Assembly: GCA_009937625.1 (NCBI GenBank)
Contig: JAACFA010000007.1
Location: 7,939-71,938 of the forward strand
Length of the DNA: 64,000 nucleotides
From: Gammaproteobacteria bacterium
GTDB taxonomy: Bacteria > Pseudomonadota > Gammaproteobacteria > GCA-001735895
Direction: 5' to 3'
This document shows positions 29,907 through 39,560 of this stretch, piece after piece (positions within the stretch are counted from its first letter, which is position 1; the number at the start of each line of letters is the position of its first letter). A program made the position numbers and the translations under genes. The notes below the pieces were generated by a model that was not told the origin of the DNA, did not search any database, and was given only the letters and a program-made list of their open reading frames with translations.

Positions 29907-29999
29907 CTCCTATTTATCGGAAAGCAAATGTCGCAAGATGCCGGAACGCCGCTTGCGCGGGCATGACGAAGTTAAGCAAGGAACCCCGGTGGCGGCTAA

Positions 30000-30032
30000 C
30001 TGGTATTAATAATAGGTCGCAACTGGTACTAC
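30000..30032 (+). promoter_or_regulatory. Candidate TauR operator: two direct repeats CTGGTATTAA / CTGGTACTAC, 23 nt apart, about 70-100 nt upstream of xsc
   Basis: The repeats resemble the published Rhodobacter TauR box CTGGACYTAA direct repeats, recalled from memory. They lie in the tauR-xsc intergenic region. Confidence 0.4.
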
Positions 30033-30099
30033 CACGAAACGACGTTTGGCTTATTTTAGCCAACCCTTAAAACACAGACCCCGGAACGAGGACAGCGCT

Positions 30100-31881
30100 A
30101 TGAAAATGACTACCGAAGAAGCCTTCATCAAGGTTCTGCAGATGCACGGCATCGAGCATGCCTTCGGCATAATCGGCTCGGCCATGATGCCGATTTCAGA
30201 CCTGTTCCCCGAAGCCGGCATCAAGTTCTGGGATTGCGCGCACGAATGCAACGCCGGCATGAGCGCCGACGGCTACACCCGCGCCAGCGGCAAGATGTCG
30301 ATGGCGATCGCGCAGAACGGGCCCGGTATCACCAATTTCGTAACCCCGATCATGACCGCTTACTGGAACCACACGCCGCTGCTGCTGGTGACCCCGCAGG
30401 CGGCCAACAAGACCATCGAACAGGGCGGTTTCCAGGAAGTCAAGCAGATGGCCATGTTCGAGAACTGCGTCTGTTACCAGGAAGAAGTGCGCGACCCGAC
30501 CCGGATCGCCGAGGTCCTCAACCGCGTCATCGAGAACGCCTGGCGTGGCTCGGCGCCAGCACAGATCAACGTGCCGCGTGACTACTGGACCCAGGTGATC
30601 GACATCGACCTGCCCCAGGCGGTACGCCTGGAGCGTTCGCCGGGCGGCGCGCAGGCGATCGCCGAGGCCGCGGCGCTGCTGTCTTCAGCCAAATTTCCGG
30701 TAATCCTGAACGGCGCCGGCGTGGTCATCGGCGGCGCGATCGAAGCCTCGAAACAACTGGCAGAGCGCCTCGACGCGCCGGTGTGCTGCAACTACCAGCA
30801 CAACGACGCGTTCCCGGGTTCACACCCGCTGGCAGCCGGCCCGCTGGGTTACAACGGCTCCAAGGCAGCGATGGAGTTGATCGCCCAGGCCGACGTCGTG
30901 CTCGCGCTCGGCACCCGGCTAAACCCGTTTTCGACGCTGCCCGGTTACGGTATCGACTACTGGCCGAAGAACGCCAGAATCATCCAGGTAGACATTAACG
31001 CCAACCGCATCGGTCTTACCAAGAAGGTCGACGTCGCGATCCAGGGCGATGCGAAGCAGGTCGCCGAACAAATCCTGGGGCAGCTGTCCGCCAGCGCCGG
31101 CGACGACGGCCGCGAAGCGCGCCGTGAACTGATCGCGCAGACCAAGGACAACTGGCAGCGCGAGCTGGCCGAAATGATCTACGAAGAAGACACCGACGAA
31201 GGCATCACCTGGAACGAGCGTGCCCGCGCGCGCGATCCGGGTCGCATGTCGCCACGCCAGGCCTGGCAGGCGATCATGGCAGCAATGCCGGAAAACGCGA
31301 TGATGTCTTCCGACATCGGCAACAACTGCGCCATCGGCAACGCTTACCCGAGCTTCGAGGAAGGCCGCAAGTACCTGGCACCGGGCCTGTTCGGTCCCTG
31401 TGGCTACGGTTTGCCGTCGATCCTCGGCGCCAAGATCGCACGCCCCGACGTGCCCGCGATCGGTTTCGCCGGTGACGGTGCCTTCGGTATCGCGATGAAC
31501 GAAATGACCGCCTGCGGCCGCAACGACTGGCCGGCGATCACGATGATCATCTTCCGTAACTACCAGTGGGGCGCCGAAAAGCGCAACACCACCCTGTGGT
31601 ACGACGATAACTTCGTCGGCACCGAGCTCAACGTTGGCGTGGAATATGCAAAGGTAGCCGATGCCTGCGGCCTCAAGGGCATCAAGGCGGAAACCATGGA
31701 AGGCCTCACCGCGGCGCTGAAAACCGCCGTCAAGGAACAGCTGGGAGACAACGTCACGACGTTTATCGAAGTCGTGCTGAACCAGGAACTGGGCGAGCCT
31801 TTCCGCCGCGACGCGATGAAGGCACCGGTTGCCGTGGCCGGCATCTCCGCCGATGACATGAAACCGCAGCAGGGTAGCTGA
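30100..31881 (+). CDS. xsc: Sulfoacetaldehyde acetyltransferase (ThDP-dependent)
   Basis: The N-terminus MKMTTEEAFIKVLQMHGIEHAFGIIGSAMMP...WDCAHECNAGM is near-identical in pattern to characterised Xsc. It is about 594 aa. Confidence 0.9.
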   Translation: MKMTTEEAFIKVLQMHGIEHAFGIIGSAMMPISDLFPEAGIKFWDCAHECNAGMSADGYTRASGKMSMAIAQNGPGITNFVTPIMTAYWNHTPLLLVTPQAANKTIEQGGFQEVKQMAMFENCVCYQEEVRDPTRIAEVLNRVIENAWRGSAPAQINVPRDYWTQVIDIDLPQAVRLERSPGGAQAIAEAAALLSSAKFPVILNGAGVVIGGAIEASKQLAERLDAPVCCNYQHNDAFPGSHPLAAGPLGYNGSKAAMELIAQADVVLALGTRLNPFSTLPGYGIDYWPKNARIIQVDINANRIGLTKKVDVAIQGDAKQVAEQILGQLSASAGDDGREARRELIAQTKDNWQRELAEMIYEEDTDEGITWNERARARDPGRMSPRQAWQAIMAAMPENAMMSSDIGNNCAIGNAYPSFEEGRKYLAPGLFGPCGYGLPSILGAKIARPDVPAIGFAGDGAFGIAMNEMTACGRNDWPAITMIIFRNYQWGAEKRNTTLWYDDNFVGTELNVGVEYAKVADACGLKGIKAETMEGLTAALKTAVKEQLGDNVTTFIEVVLNQELGEPFRRDAMKAPVAVAGISADDMKPQQGS

Positions 31882-31975
31882 GTTTTACGTTTCGCAGACC
31901 TCATCCCGGAATGTGCCCCTACCTGGCGCTAAGTTGGAGCGCCGGGATCTCATAATGAAACCGCGATAGCAAGAT

Positions 31976-31991
31976 GCCCGCTTTGGCGGGC
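31976..31991. terminator. Bidirectional hairpin between the convergent xsc and metE-like genes
   Basis: GCCCGCtttgGCGGGC followed by ttcttg. Confidence 0.4.
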
Positions 31992-32027
31992 TTCTTGCCG
32001 CAGGCTCGCTGGCGGACATAACGGAAG

Positions 32028-33080
32028 TCAGAGCGAGTGAGCCGCTTCGCACATGTTTTTGAGCTTTGCCATCGCAAGCTCGCGGCCGAGCAGGCCGAGG
32101 CCGCAGTCTGGAGCCACGATCAGGCGCTGCGGGTCAATGTGATCGAGCGCCTGGCACAGACGTTCGCGGATGGATTCGACCGTCTCGATCTCGCTTCTGG
32201 CAATTGCGACCACGCCGAAGATCACCTTGGTCGTGGGCAGGCGTTCGAGCAAGGACAGGTCATTGTGACGATGTGCATCCTCGAACGAAACCGCATCGAT
32301 ACAGGAATACTCGATCGCGTCCGCGATCTGCTGGTAGGAATCCGGGTCCGCCTTGGGATAGTCCTCGCGGTCGAGTTTGTCCGGGTAGCCGCAGCACATG
32401 TGCACGGTGCGCTGCACGTTTTTCGGGCAGCCGTGGAAGGCACGATCGAGATTCTCGAAGCCGTAATCGAGCGCCGCCTCGGGCTTGCGCGCAAATAGCG
32501 GTTCGTCGATCTGGATGTGCACGCAGCCGGCATCGGCCAGCGCCAGCACTTCGAGATTCAGCGCGTCGGCGATATCGGCCCCGAGTTTTTTCGGGTCGTG
32601 GTAGTAGTCGTCATGATTGGTGTCGGAAATCGTCATCGGTCCGGGCATCGTGATCTTGACCGCGCGCTTGCAGTTGGCCTGCGCGCGCTGCCAGTCGTCA
32701 ACCAGGAACTGGTCCCGCACCGAGATCGGGCCGGCAATCGTCGGTAACGCGGCCTCGTAGGTACCGCCGCGCACTGCTTTACGGGTTAAATGAACAAAAT
32801 CGAATCCCCGCAGATGGCGGCAATGGTAGTGAATATAATTTTCGCGCGAGATTTCCCCATCGGTCGGTATATCGATGCCGCATTCGATCTGGTCGGCGAT
32901 CGCCTGCGCCACGCCCCTGGCGATGATATCGGGCGCATCCGGCCCGAGTTCGGCCATCGCTTTTTCCCACGATGCCGTCGGCTCGGCGGTATCGGGCCCG
33001 TCGGGATTGTTGAACCAGTCGGGCAGCTTGACGAAATCCGGTTTGGGGTAGGCGCCGATGCAGGTGGTTTTCAGTGGCAT
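32028..33080 (-). CDS. Cobalamin-independent methionine synthase II (MetE C-terminal-domain-like) family methyltransferase
   Basis: 350-aa Meth_synt_2-like fold with HMCCGYP and DIPTDGE motifs typical of the MetE catalytic half. It is immediately followed by the DMGDH-like gene, with a 4-nt gap. Confidence 0.7.
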   Translation of the reverse strand: MPLKTTCIGAYPKPDFVKLPDWFNNPDGPDTAEPTASWEKAMAELGPDAPDIIARGVAQAIADQIECGIDIPTDGEISRENYIHYHCRHLRGFDFVHLTRKAVRGGTYEAALPTIAGPISVRDQFLVDDWQRAQANCKRAVKITMPGPMTISDTNHDDYYHDPKKLGADIADALNLEVLALADAGCVHIQIDEPLFARKPEAALDYGFENLDRAFHGCPKNVQRTVHMCCGYPDKLDREDYPKADPDSYQQIADAIEYSCIDAVSFEDAHRHNDLSLLERLPTTKVIFGVVAIARSEIETVESIRERLCQALDHIDPQRLIVAPDCGLGLLGRELAMAKLKNMCEAAHSL

Positions 33081-33084
33081 GCCG

Positions 33085-35544
33085 CTACCCCCGCATGCGC
33101 TCGGCTTTCGGGTCGTACATCGCGCTCAGGGAAGCCTTTGCCGGTACGTGATAGCCGCCAACGTCGATCGAGAAGCTGCCCGAGTCGAGGTAGTCTTTGG
33201 TAACCTCTTCCTCGACTTCGACATAACCCAGGCCGACCGCAGCGCCAAGCGTATGCCCGTAGTCGCCCGAGGTCAGGTGGCCGACGATGACGCCTTCGCG
33301 CAGGATCGGCTCGTGATGGTAGAGCACCACTTCCGGATCCTCGAGCAGAAACTGCACCAGGCGCTTGTACATGTGCCCGCCGGTCTCTTTCTGCTTCAGC
33401 ACCTCGTCGCGGCCGATAAAAGGAATCTTCTTGTCGAAGGCGCAGACGAAACCCATGCCGCACTCGAGCGGCGTATCCTGGTCGGCTATATCATGTCCGT
33501 AGTGGACGAATTTCTTCTCGATGCGGCAGGAGTTGAGCGCATGCATGCCGGCCATGCTTAACCCGTGACTCTGACCCCTTTTCCATAGGAAATCGAAGCC
33601 GTGACGCGCCTGGTCGACCGGCACGTAAAGCTCCCAGCCGAGCTCACCGACATAGGATACGCGGCCCGCGTAGGCGCGCGCCATACCGAGTTCGACCGGC
33701 TGAAACGAGCCGAACGGGAACGACTCGGTGCTCATGTCATGGTTCAGCGTTTCGGTTAACAGGCCGCGGCTGCCCGGGCCCATCACACCGAGCATCGCCC
33801 AGGCGTTGGTAATATCGCTGACGCAGCAGAACTCGTCGTCGCCGATATGGCGGTTGAGCCAGTGCAGGTCCTTGACGGTTTGCGCCGCTCCGCTGATGAC
33901 CCAGAAACGGTCCTCGGCCAGCCGGGTTACGGTCAGGTCGGCCTCGATGCCGCCGCGCTCGTTGAGCCAGTGGGTATAAACCATTCGGCCCGGGTCAACA
34001 TCGATATCGGCGCTGGAAACGCGCTGCAGCACCTTGACCGCATCGCGTCCCTGCACCAGGTACTTGGAAAACGAACTCTGGTCGAACAGTACGACTTTCT
34101 CGCGCGCGGCGCGATGCTCGGCGGCGCTGTATTCGAACCAGTTCTGCTTGCCAAAGCTGTACTCGTACTTCGGTTCGACGCCGTCGGGCGCGAACCAGTT
34201 GGGACGCTCCCAGCCGGCCGCCTCGCCGAAACAGGCGTTGCGCTCGACCAGCCTTTCATGCAGCGGTGAATGCCGCAGGTTGCGCGAGGTCTCCATCTGC
34301 TTATAGGGATAGTGATTGTCGTAAAGCAGGCCAAGGGTTTCGGTGACGCGGTCCTCGATGTAGCGTTGCGTCGACTGAAACGGGAACATGCGACGGATGT
34401 CGTTACCCCACAGGTCCATCGGCGCGTGTCCCAGGTGCATCCATTCGGCCAGCGCGCGGCCGAGCCCGCCCGAGGTCTGGATGCCGACCGAATTGAGCCC
34501 GCAGGCGACGTAAAAATTCTTCAGTTCGGGCGCCTCGCCCATGTGGAACTGGTCGTCCGGGGTGAAACTTTCGGGGCCGCAGAAAAAGCTGCGCCAACCG
34601 CACTCCTGCAGCATCGGCACGCGGTACATGGCCTTTTCCAGCACCGGCATGAACTGGTCGTCGAGGTGCCCTTCGAGCTCCTCGAAAGCGAAATCGAGCG
34701 GCACGCCGTTCTGTCCCCAGGGCACCGCGTTTGGCTCGAACGCGCCGATCAGCAGGCTGCCTGCATCCTCCCGGTAATAGGCGCAGTTGTCGTGATCGCG
34801 CATCACCGGCAGGTTACTCGGCAGGTCTTCGAGCTTTTCGGTATGCGCGTAGTAGTGTTCGCAGGCGTGCAGCGGCACGTTGACGCCGGCCATGCGCCCG
34901 ATTTCCCGGCCCCACAAGCCACCGCAGTTGACCACGTAGTCGGCCCTGATTTCGCCCTGGTCGGTGACGACCCCGGTAACGCGACCGTTGGCCTGGCTGA
35001 TACCGGTGACACGCACCCCTTCGAGACACAGCGCGCCGCGCCCGCGCGCGCCCTTGACGAACGACTGGGTCACGTCGACCGGGCTCGCGGTGCCATCCTG
35101 CGCCACCCAGCTACCGCCGAGCAGGTCGCCGGTTTCGAGGTAGGGGTAAAGCGCCTTGATCTCCTCCGGAGTAACGATATCCACCTGGGTGACGCCGAAG
35201 GCGTTGTTCATCGCCGCGACCCGTTTCAACTCCTCGAAGCGTGCCACGCTGTGCGCGATCGACAGCGAGCCGACCTGTTTGAAGCCGGTCGATTGCCCGG
35301 TCTCGGTCTCGAGCTCGGTCAGCACCGACATCGAGTATTCGCACAGCCGCGCCTGCGATTCGTTGGCGCGCATGGTGCCAACCAGGCCGGCGGCGTGCCA
35401 GGTAGTGCCACAGGCGAACTGGTTGCGCTCGAGCAGCACGACGTCGCTCCAGCCGAGTTTGGCGAGATGGTAGGCGACGCTGGAACCGATAACGCCGCCA
35501 CCGATGACGACGGCACTGGCACGTTCAGGAACATCAACTGACAT
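33085..35544 (-). CDS. FAD-dependent oxidoreductase fused to a GcvT-like aminomethyltransferase domain (dimethylglycine/sarcosine dehydrogenase family)
   Basis: 819 aa with an N-terminal DAO fold (VVIGGGVIGSSVAYHLAKLG) and a C-terminal GcvT/folate-binding domain. Confidence 0.8.
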   Translation of the reverse strand: MSVDVPERASAVVIGGGVIGSSVAYHLAKLGWSDVVLLERNQFACGTTWHAAGLVGTMRANESQARLCEYSMSVLTELETETGQSTGFKQVGSLSIAHSVARFEELKRVAAMNNAFGVTQVDIVTPEEIKALYPYLETGDLLGGSWVAQDGTASPVDVTQSFVKGARGRGALCLEGVRVTGISQANGRVTGVVTDQGEIRADYVVNCGGLWGREIGRMAGVNVPLHACEHYYAHTEKLEDLPSNLPVMRDHDNCAYYREDAGSLLIGAFEPNAVPWGQNGVPLDFAFEELEGHLDDQFMPVLEKAMYRVPMLQECGWRSFFCGPESFTPDDQFHMGEAPELKNFYVACGLNSVGIQTSGGLGRALAEWMHLGHAPMDLWGNDIRRMFPFQSTQRYIEDRVTETLGLLYDNHYPYKQMETSRNLRHSPLHERLVERNACFGEAAGWERPNWFAPDGVEPKYEYSFGKQNWFEYSAAEHRAAREKVVLFDQSSFSKYLVQGRDAVKVLQRVSSADIDVDPGRMVYTHWLNERGGIEADLTVTRLAEDRFWVISGAAQTVKDLHWLNRHIGDDEFCCVSDITNAWAMLGVMGPGSRGLLTETLNHDMSTESFPFGSFQPVELGMARAYAGRVSYVGELGWELYVPVDQARHGFDFLWKRGQSHGLSMAGMHALNSCRIEKKFVHYGHDIADQDTPLECGMGFVCAFDKKIPFIGRDEVLKQKETGGHMYKRLVQFLLEDPEVVLYHHEPILREGVIVGHLTSGDYGHTLGAAVGLGYVEVEEEVTKDYLDSGSFSIDVGGYHVPAKASLSAMYDPKAERMRG

Positions 35545-35674
35545 GGCTATAAATCCCCGGTAACGATCCGGGGTAATCCCGGATTAATAGTGTAGATAAT
35601 AAAGCCTGAAGCAGGTTTGAGAAAGATCGAATTGGACTCAAACCGCTTTTTTATGGCCTTGAGCGCGACTGGAT

Positions 35675-36820
35675 TTACGATTCGATTCGATCAATGCCGA
35701 AATCGTTCAACAGGCCTGCAACCGCTTCGAGTGCCCCCTCGATCTGCTCCGCGCCGAGACGGCCGATGCAGCCCATTCGGAAGCTGTCGGCGACGGTCAA
35801 CTTGCCCGGGTAAATGACATATCCCTGGTCCTTTAGCCCATCGTAAAACCTCGCAAAATCGAACCCGGGATTGGTTGGCATGTGGAAGGTGACGATAATC
35901 GGCGCCTGCAGTTCATCCGCTAGCAGGGTTTTAAAACCCATGGCACGCATGCCGGCAACCAGCAGCTCGCAATTCTGGCGGTAACGTCCGCCACGCCCGA
36001 CGACGCCACCCTCTTCCAGGTACTCGGTCAGCGCCTGGTCGAAGGCCAGTAAAACGTGCGTCGGCGGGGTAAAGCGCCACTGGCGATTCTTCTGCATCGC
36101 GCGCCACTGATCGTAGAGATCCAGCACCAGCGACGGCGAATTGCCCTCGGCTTTTTCCAAAGCGCTTTCACGCGCGACGCAAAAGCCCATGCCGGGCGCT
36201 CCTTCGAGACACTTGTTGCTGGAAGCGACCACCGCGTCGAACTCGATCTCGCCGGCATCGAGCGGCAGCGCGCCGAAAGCGCTCATCGAATCGATCAGCA
36301 GGCTGCGACGGTGACGCGCGACTACCTCCGATATTTCGCGCAGCGGATTCAGAATGCCGGACGTGGTTTCGCAATGCACGACAACCACGTGGGTAATACT
36401 GGTGTCGTTATCGAGCGCGGCGTCGAGCTGCACGCCGTTGACCGGCACATCCTCGGGCGTCTCCTGCACGATGTAGTTGCGTCCGTAGTAGTCGCAGATT
36501 TTCTTGATGCGCTGGCCGTAGGCTCCGTTGATCAGGATCAGCAGCTTACCGTCGGCCGGAACGAAGTTACCGATCATGGCCTCGACCACGAAGGTGCCGC
36601 TGCCCTGCAGCGGCACCGCGACATAGCCGCCCTCGCCGTTGACGATTCCGACCAGGCGCTCGAGAATGCGCGCGTTCAGGTCGATAAAGGTTGCGTCGCG
36701 CGAGCCATAGTCGTGCAGCATCGCCTGCTTGACGCTGAGCGACGTGGTCAGCGGACCCGGAGTCAGCAGGTAGGGGTCGCCGCTGGGTGAGCTGGCGGGC
36801 GGTTTGGTGTCTTCGGTCAT
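35675..36820 (-). CDS. phnW: 2-aminoethylphosphonate:pyruvate aminotransferase
   Basis: Class-V aminotransferase with strong collinear similarity to PhnW (YLLTPGPLTTS...LQGSGT...SSNKCLEGAPG...WRFTPPTHVLLAFDQAL). Confidence 0.85.
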   Translation of the reverse strand: MTEDTKPPASSPSGDPYLLTPGPLTTSLSVKQAMLHDYGSRDATFIDLNARILERLVGIVNGEGGYVAVPLQGSGTFVVEAMIGNFVPADGKLLILINGAYGQRIKKICDYYGRNYIVQETPEDVPVNGVQLDAALDNDTSITHVVVVHCETTSGILNPLREISEVVARHRRSLLIDSMSAFGALPLDAGEIEFDAVVASSNKCLEGAPGMGFCVARESALEKAEGNSPSLVLDLYDQWRAMQKNRQWRFTPPTHVLLAFDQALTEYLEEGGVVGRGGRYRQNCELLVAGMRAMGFKTLLADELQAPIIVTFHMPTNPGFDFARFYDGLKDQGYVIYPGKLTVADSFRMGCIGRLGAEQIEGALEAVAGLLNDFGIDRIES

Positions 36821-36913
36821 GGAATTAGCCCTTGTGATGGATTGCCTGGTTGCATTTATACCTTCGATCGATACTATTCATCAAATCGATATAACTAATG
36901 CTTCGGATAGATT

Positions 36914-37801
36914 ATGCCGATATCTCACGCCCACTTGCGCTCGTTTCACGCGGTTGCCACGCACGGCAGCTTTACCCGCGCCGCGGAAATGCTGAATATC
37001 ACGCAACCGACGCTGTCCGGCCAGGTGAAGGAGCTCGAGGAACGCTACGGTACCAAGCTGTTCCTGCGCCACGGTCGCCGAATCGAGTTGACCGATATCG
37101 GCAAATCGGCATTCGGTATTACGCGACTCATGTTTCGACATGAAGAAGAAATCGAGCATTTATTGCAATCGGCGCGCGCGCTGACCTCCGGGCTGTTGCG
37201 CGTCGGTGCGGATTCACCCTATATCGCGACGCCGCTGCTGGCGCAGTTTCAGCGAATTTACCCGGGCATCCAGATTTCGATCCAGTACGGCAATTCGGAG
37301 CAACTGATGACATGGATCGTATCGCGGCGCTGCGACGTCGCGTTCATGCCCAACATCCCCCAGGAGGACGAGCGCCTGTTCTCGATACCGCTGCCGCCCG
37401 ACCGGCTGGTGGCATTCGTTAGCCAGGATCACGACTGGGCCGAGCGGCGCTCGGTCACGATCGAGGAGCTGGTGACGCAACGCATCGTGCTGCGCGAGAA
37501 GGGATCGCGCACGCGCTCGATTTTCGAGGACGCGGTGGCACAGGCCGGACACGTGCTGCACGACGTGATGGAGATCAGCGGCCGCGAAGGCGTGCGCGAA
37601 GCGGTCGCGGCCGGCTTCGGCATCGGGGTCGTCGCCGAAAACGAACTGGTCGCCGACGTTAGGCTGCGCGCGCTACCGGTCAGCAACGCCGAACTGGTGC
37701 ACGCCGAGTACGCCGTCTGCCTGCGGGAAATGCGTTCGCTGCGGGTGACCGACGCGTTCCTCGAGATGATTCAAAACAGTGTCCCGGCAGCCGCCGAATG
37801 A
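36914..37801 (+). CDS. LysR-family transcriptional regulator, divergent from phnW
   Basis: N-terminal HTH (LRSFHAVATHGSFTRAAEMLNITQPTLSGQVKELE) followed by a LysR substrate-binding domain. Confidence 0.85.
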   Translation: MPISHAHLRSFHAVATHGSFTRAAEMLNITQPTLSGQVKELEERYGTKLFLRHGRRIELTDIGKSAFGITRLMFRHEEEIEHLLQSARALTSGLLRVGADSPYIATPLLAQFQRIYPGIQISIQYGNSEQLMTWIVSRRCDVAFMPNIPQEDERLFSIPLPPDRLVAFVSQDHDWAERRSVTIEELVTQRIVLREKGSRTRSIFEDAVAQAGHVLHDVMEISGREGVREAVAAGFGIGVVAENELVADVRLRALPVSNAELVHAEYAVCLREMRSLRVTDAFLEMIQNSVPAAAE

Positions 37802-37862
37802 TCGAGTCTGGAATATGCGGAGGATTCAGGGGCAATTCGGGTGGGCCTGTTTCGGTTGGCTT

Positions 37863-38008
37863 CCTAATGGGCAACCGGTGAACCGCCTCGCGCCTGTCCG
37901 GGCGGGCTTTCGATTATTGTGAGTGTTCTGAATTCGAACGACTGGGTTTTGCTCTGCGGTGTTCAGCGCCCGGCCTTTATGGCGTGAGGCGGCTCACCGG
38001 TTGCTCTC
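37863..38008. repeat. Pair of 24-nt inverted repeats (2 mismatches) flanking about 97 nt in the LysR-phnA intergenic region
   Basis: gcaaccggtgaaccgcctcgcgcc at 37863-37886, against the reverse complement of ggcgtgaggcggctcaccggttgc at 37985-38008. Confidence 0.5.
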
Positions 38009-38275
38009 GTATAGCGGTCTGGACTGCGGAATCTCGGAGGGGTCGGTGACAGATGATTATCATCTGCGATTGGGGTATCAAACTGAAACAGTTTGTGATG
38101 GGTGCAGGCCTTTATTTCCGAGGACCTGTTTGGTTGTTCGATGGGAATGAGAAGCATTTGTCACGGACCCGGTTTGAGGGTGAATATAGGTTGAGCCGAT
38201 AGATGTCATATGTAATATCGATTTAACCTTAGGTTGGTAAGCTGTATATTGTCTTCCTGATTTAAATACACCGGA

Positions 38276-39535
38276 TTGGAAATGAACTCGCAAAAATCTA
38301 GCGTTAGCGTCAATGGCCGCGACTATAACTGGCCCAGCAGGCCTGTCGTGGTGGTTTGTATCGATGGTTCGGAGCCGGATTATATCGAGCAGGCGATCGC
38401 GGCCGGGGTCATGCCGTGGATGCAGAAGGTGGTCGAGCAGCAGGGCAGCGACCTGCGGGTCAACTGCGTGGTGCCGAGCTTTACCAATCCGAACAATATC
38501 TCGATCGTCACCGGGGTACCGCCGGTGGTGCACGGCATCTGCGGCAACTTCTACTACGACAAGGCTAACGACCGCGAAGTCATGATGAACGAACCCACAC
38601 TGCTGCGCACGCCGACTATCTTCAAGGCGTTCCAGGACGCCGGCGCGAAGATTGCGATCATCACCGCGAAAGACAAGCTGCGCCGGCTGCTGGGCAACGA
38701 ACTCGATTTCGGTACCGATGGCGCAATCTGTTTTTCATCGGAAAAAGCGGACCAGGTCAGCCTCGAGGAAAACGGCATCGATAACGTGCTCGATATGGTC
38801 GGCATGGAGGTGCCTTCGGTATACAGCGCGGAGCTGTCCGAGTTTATCTTCGCGGCCGGCGTCAAGCTGATGGAGTCGGCGCGCCCCGACCTGATGTATC
38901 TTTCCACCACCGACTATATCCAGCACAAGTTCGCACCCGGAAGCGACGGCGCGAATTCTTTCTACGCGATGATGGACAGTTACTGGGCGCAGCTCGACGC
39001 GCTCGGCGCGGTGATCGCGTTGACCGCCGATCACGGCATGAACGCCAAGCACGACGCCGCCGGCGAACCCAACATTATTTACCTGCAGGACGAGATGGAC
39101 CGGCTGCTGTCGCCGGGCGCGGCGCGCGTAATCCTGCCGATTACCGACCCTTACGTCGTGCACCACGGTGCGCTGGGGTCCTACGCCACCGTCTACCTGC
39201 CCGACGATGCCGATGTCGATCGGCTGAAAATGCAGCTGGCGGATATCGACGGTATCGACGCGGTATATTCCAACCGCGAGGGTTGCGAACGCTTCGAGCT
39301 AGCCCCGGATCGCATGGGCGACCTGATCCTGGTGTCGAGCAAGCACGTCGTCATCGGCACCACCGCCGAACGCCACGACCTGTCGGGGCTCGACGTACCG
39401 CTGCGCTCGCACGGCGGCGTCACCGAACAGGTGGTGCCACTGATCATCAGCCAACCGGTTAGCGGCCTCGACCTCGGCCACCAGCTGCATAACTACGACG
39501 CCTTCAACGTCGCGCTCAACTACGCCCGCTTCTGA
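38276..39535 (+). CDS. phnA: Phosphonoacetate hydrolase (alkaline-phosphatase superfamily)
   Basis: 419 aa with a [12 protein letters not shown] metal-site N-terminus characteristic of PhnA-type phosphonoacetate hydrolase. Confidence 0.8.
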   Translation: MEMNSQKSSVSVNGRDYNWPSRPVVVVCIDGSEPDYIEQAIAAGVMPWMQKVVEQQGSDLRVNCVVPSFTNPNNISIVTGVPPVVHGICGNFYYDKANDREVMMNEPTLLRTPTIFKAFQDAGAKIAIITAKDKLRRLLGNELDFGTDGAICFSSEKADQVSLEENGIDNVLDMVGMEVPSVYSAELSEFIFAAGVKLMESARPDLMYLSTTDYIQHKFAPGSDGANSFYAMMDSYWAQLDALGAVIALTADHGMNAKHDAAGEPNIIYLQDEMDRLLSPGAARVILPITDPYVVHHGALGSYATVYLPDDADVDRLKMQLADIDGIDAVYSNREGCERFELAPDRMGDLILVSSKHVVIGTTAERHDLSGLDVPLRSHGGVTEQVVPLIISQPVSGLDLGHQLHNYDAFNVALNYARF

Positions 39536-39560
39536 GCCGGCTTCACATGGAACATCTGCT

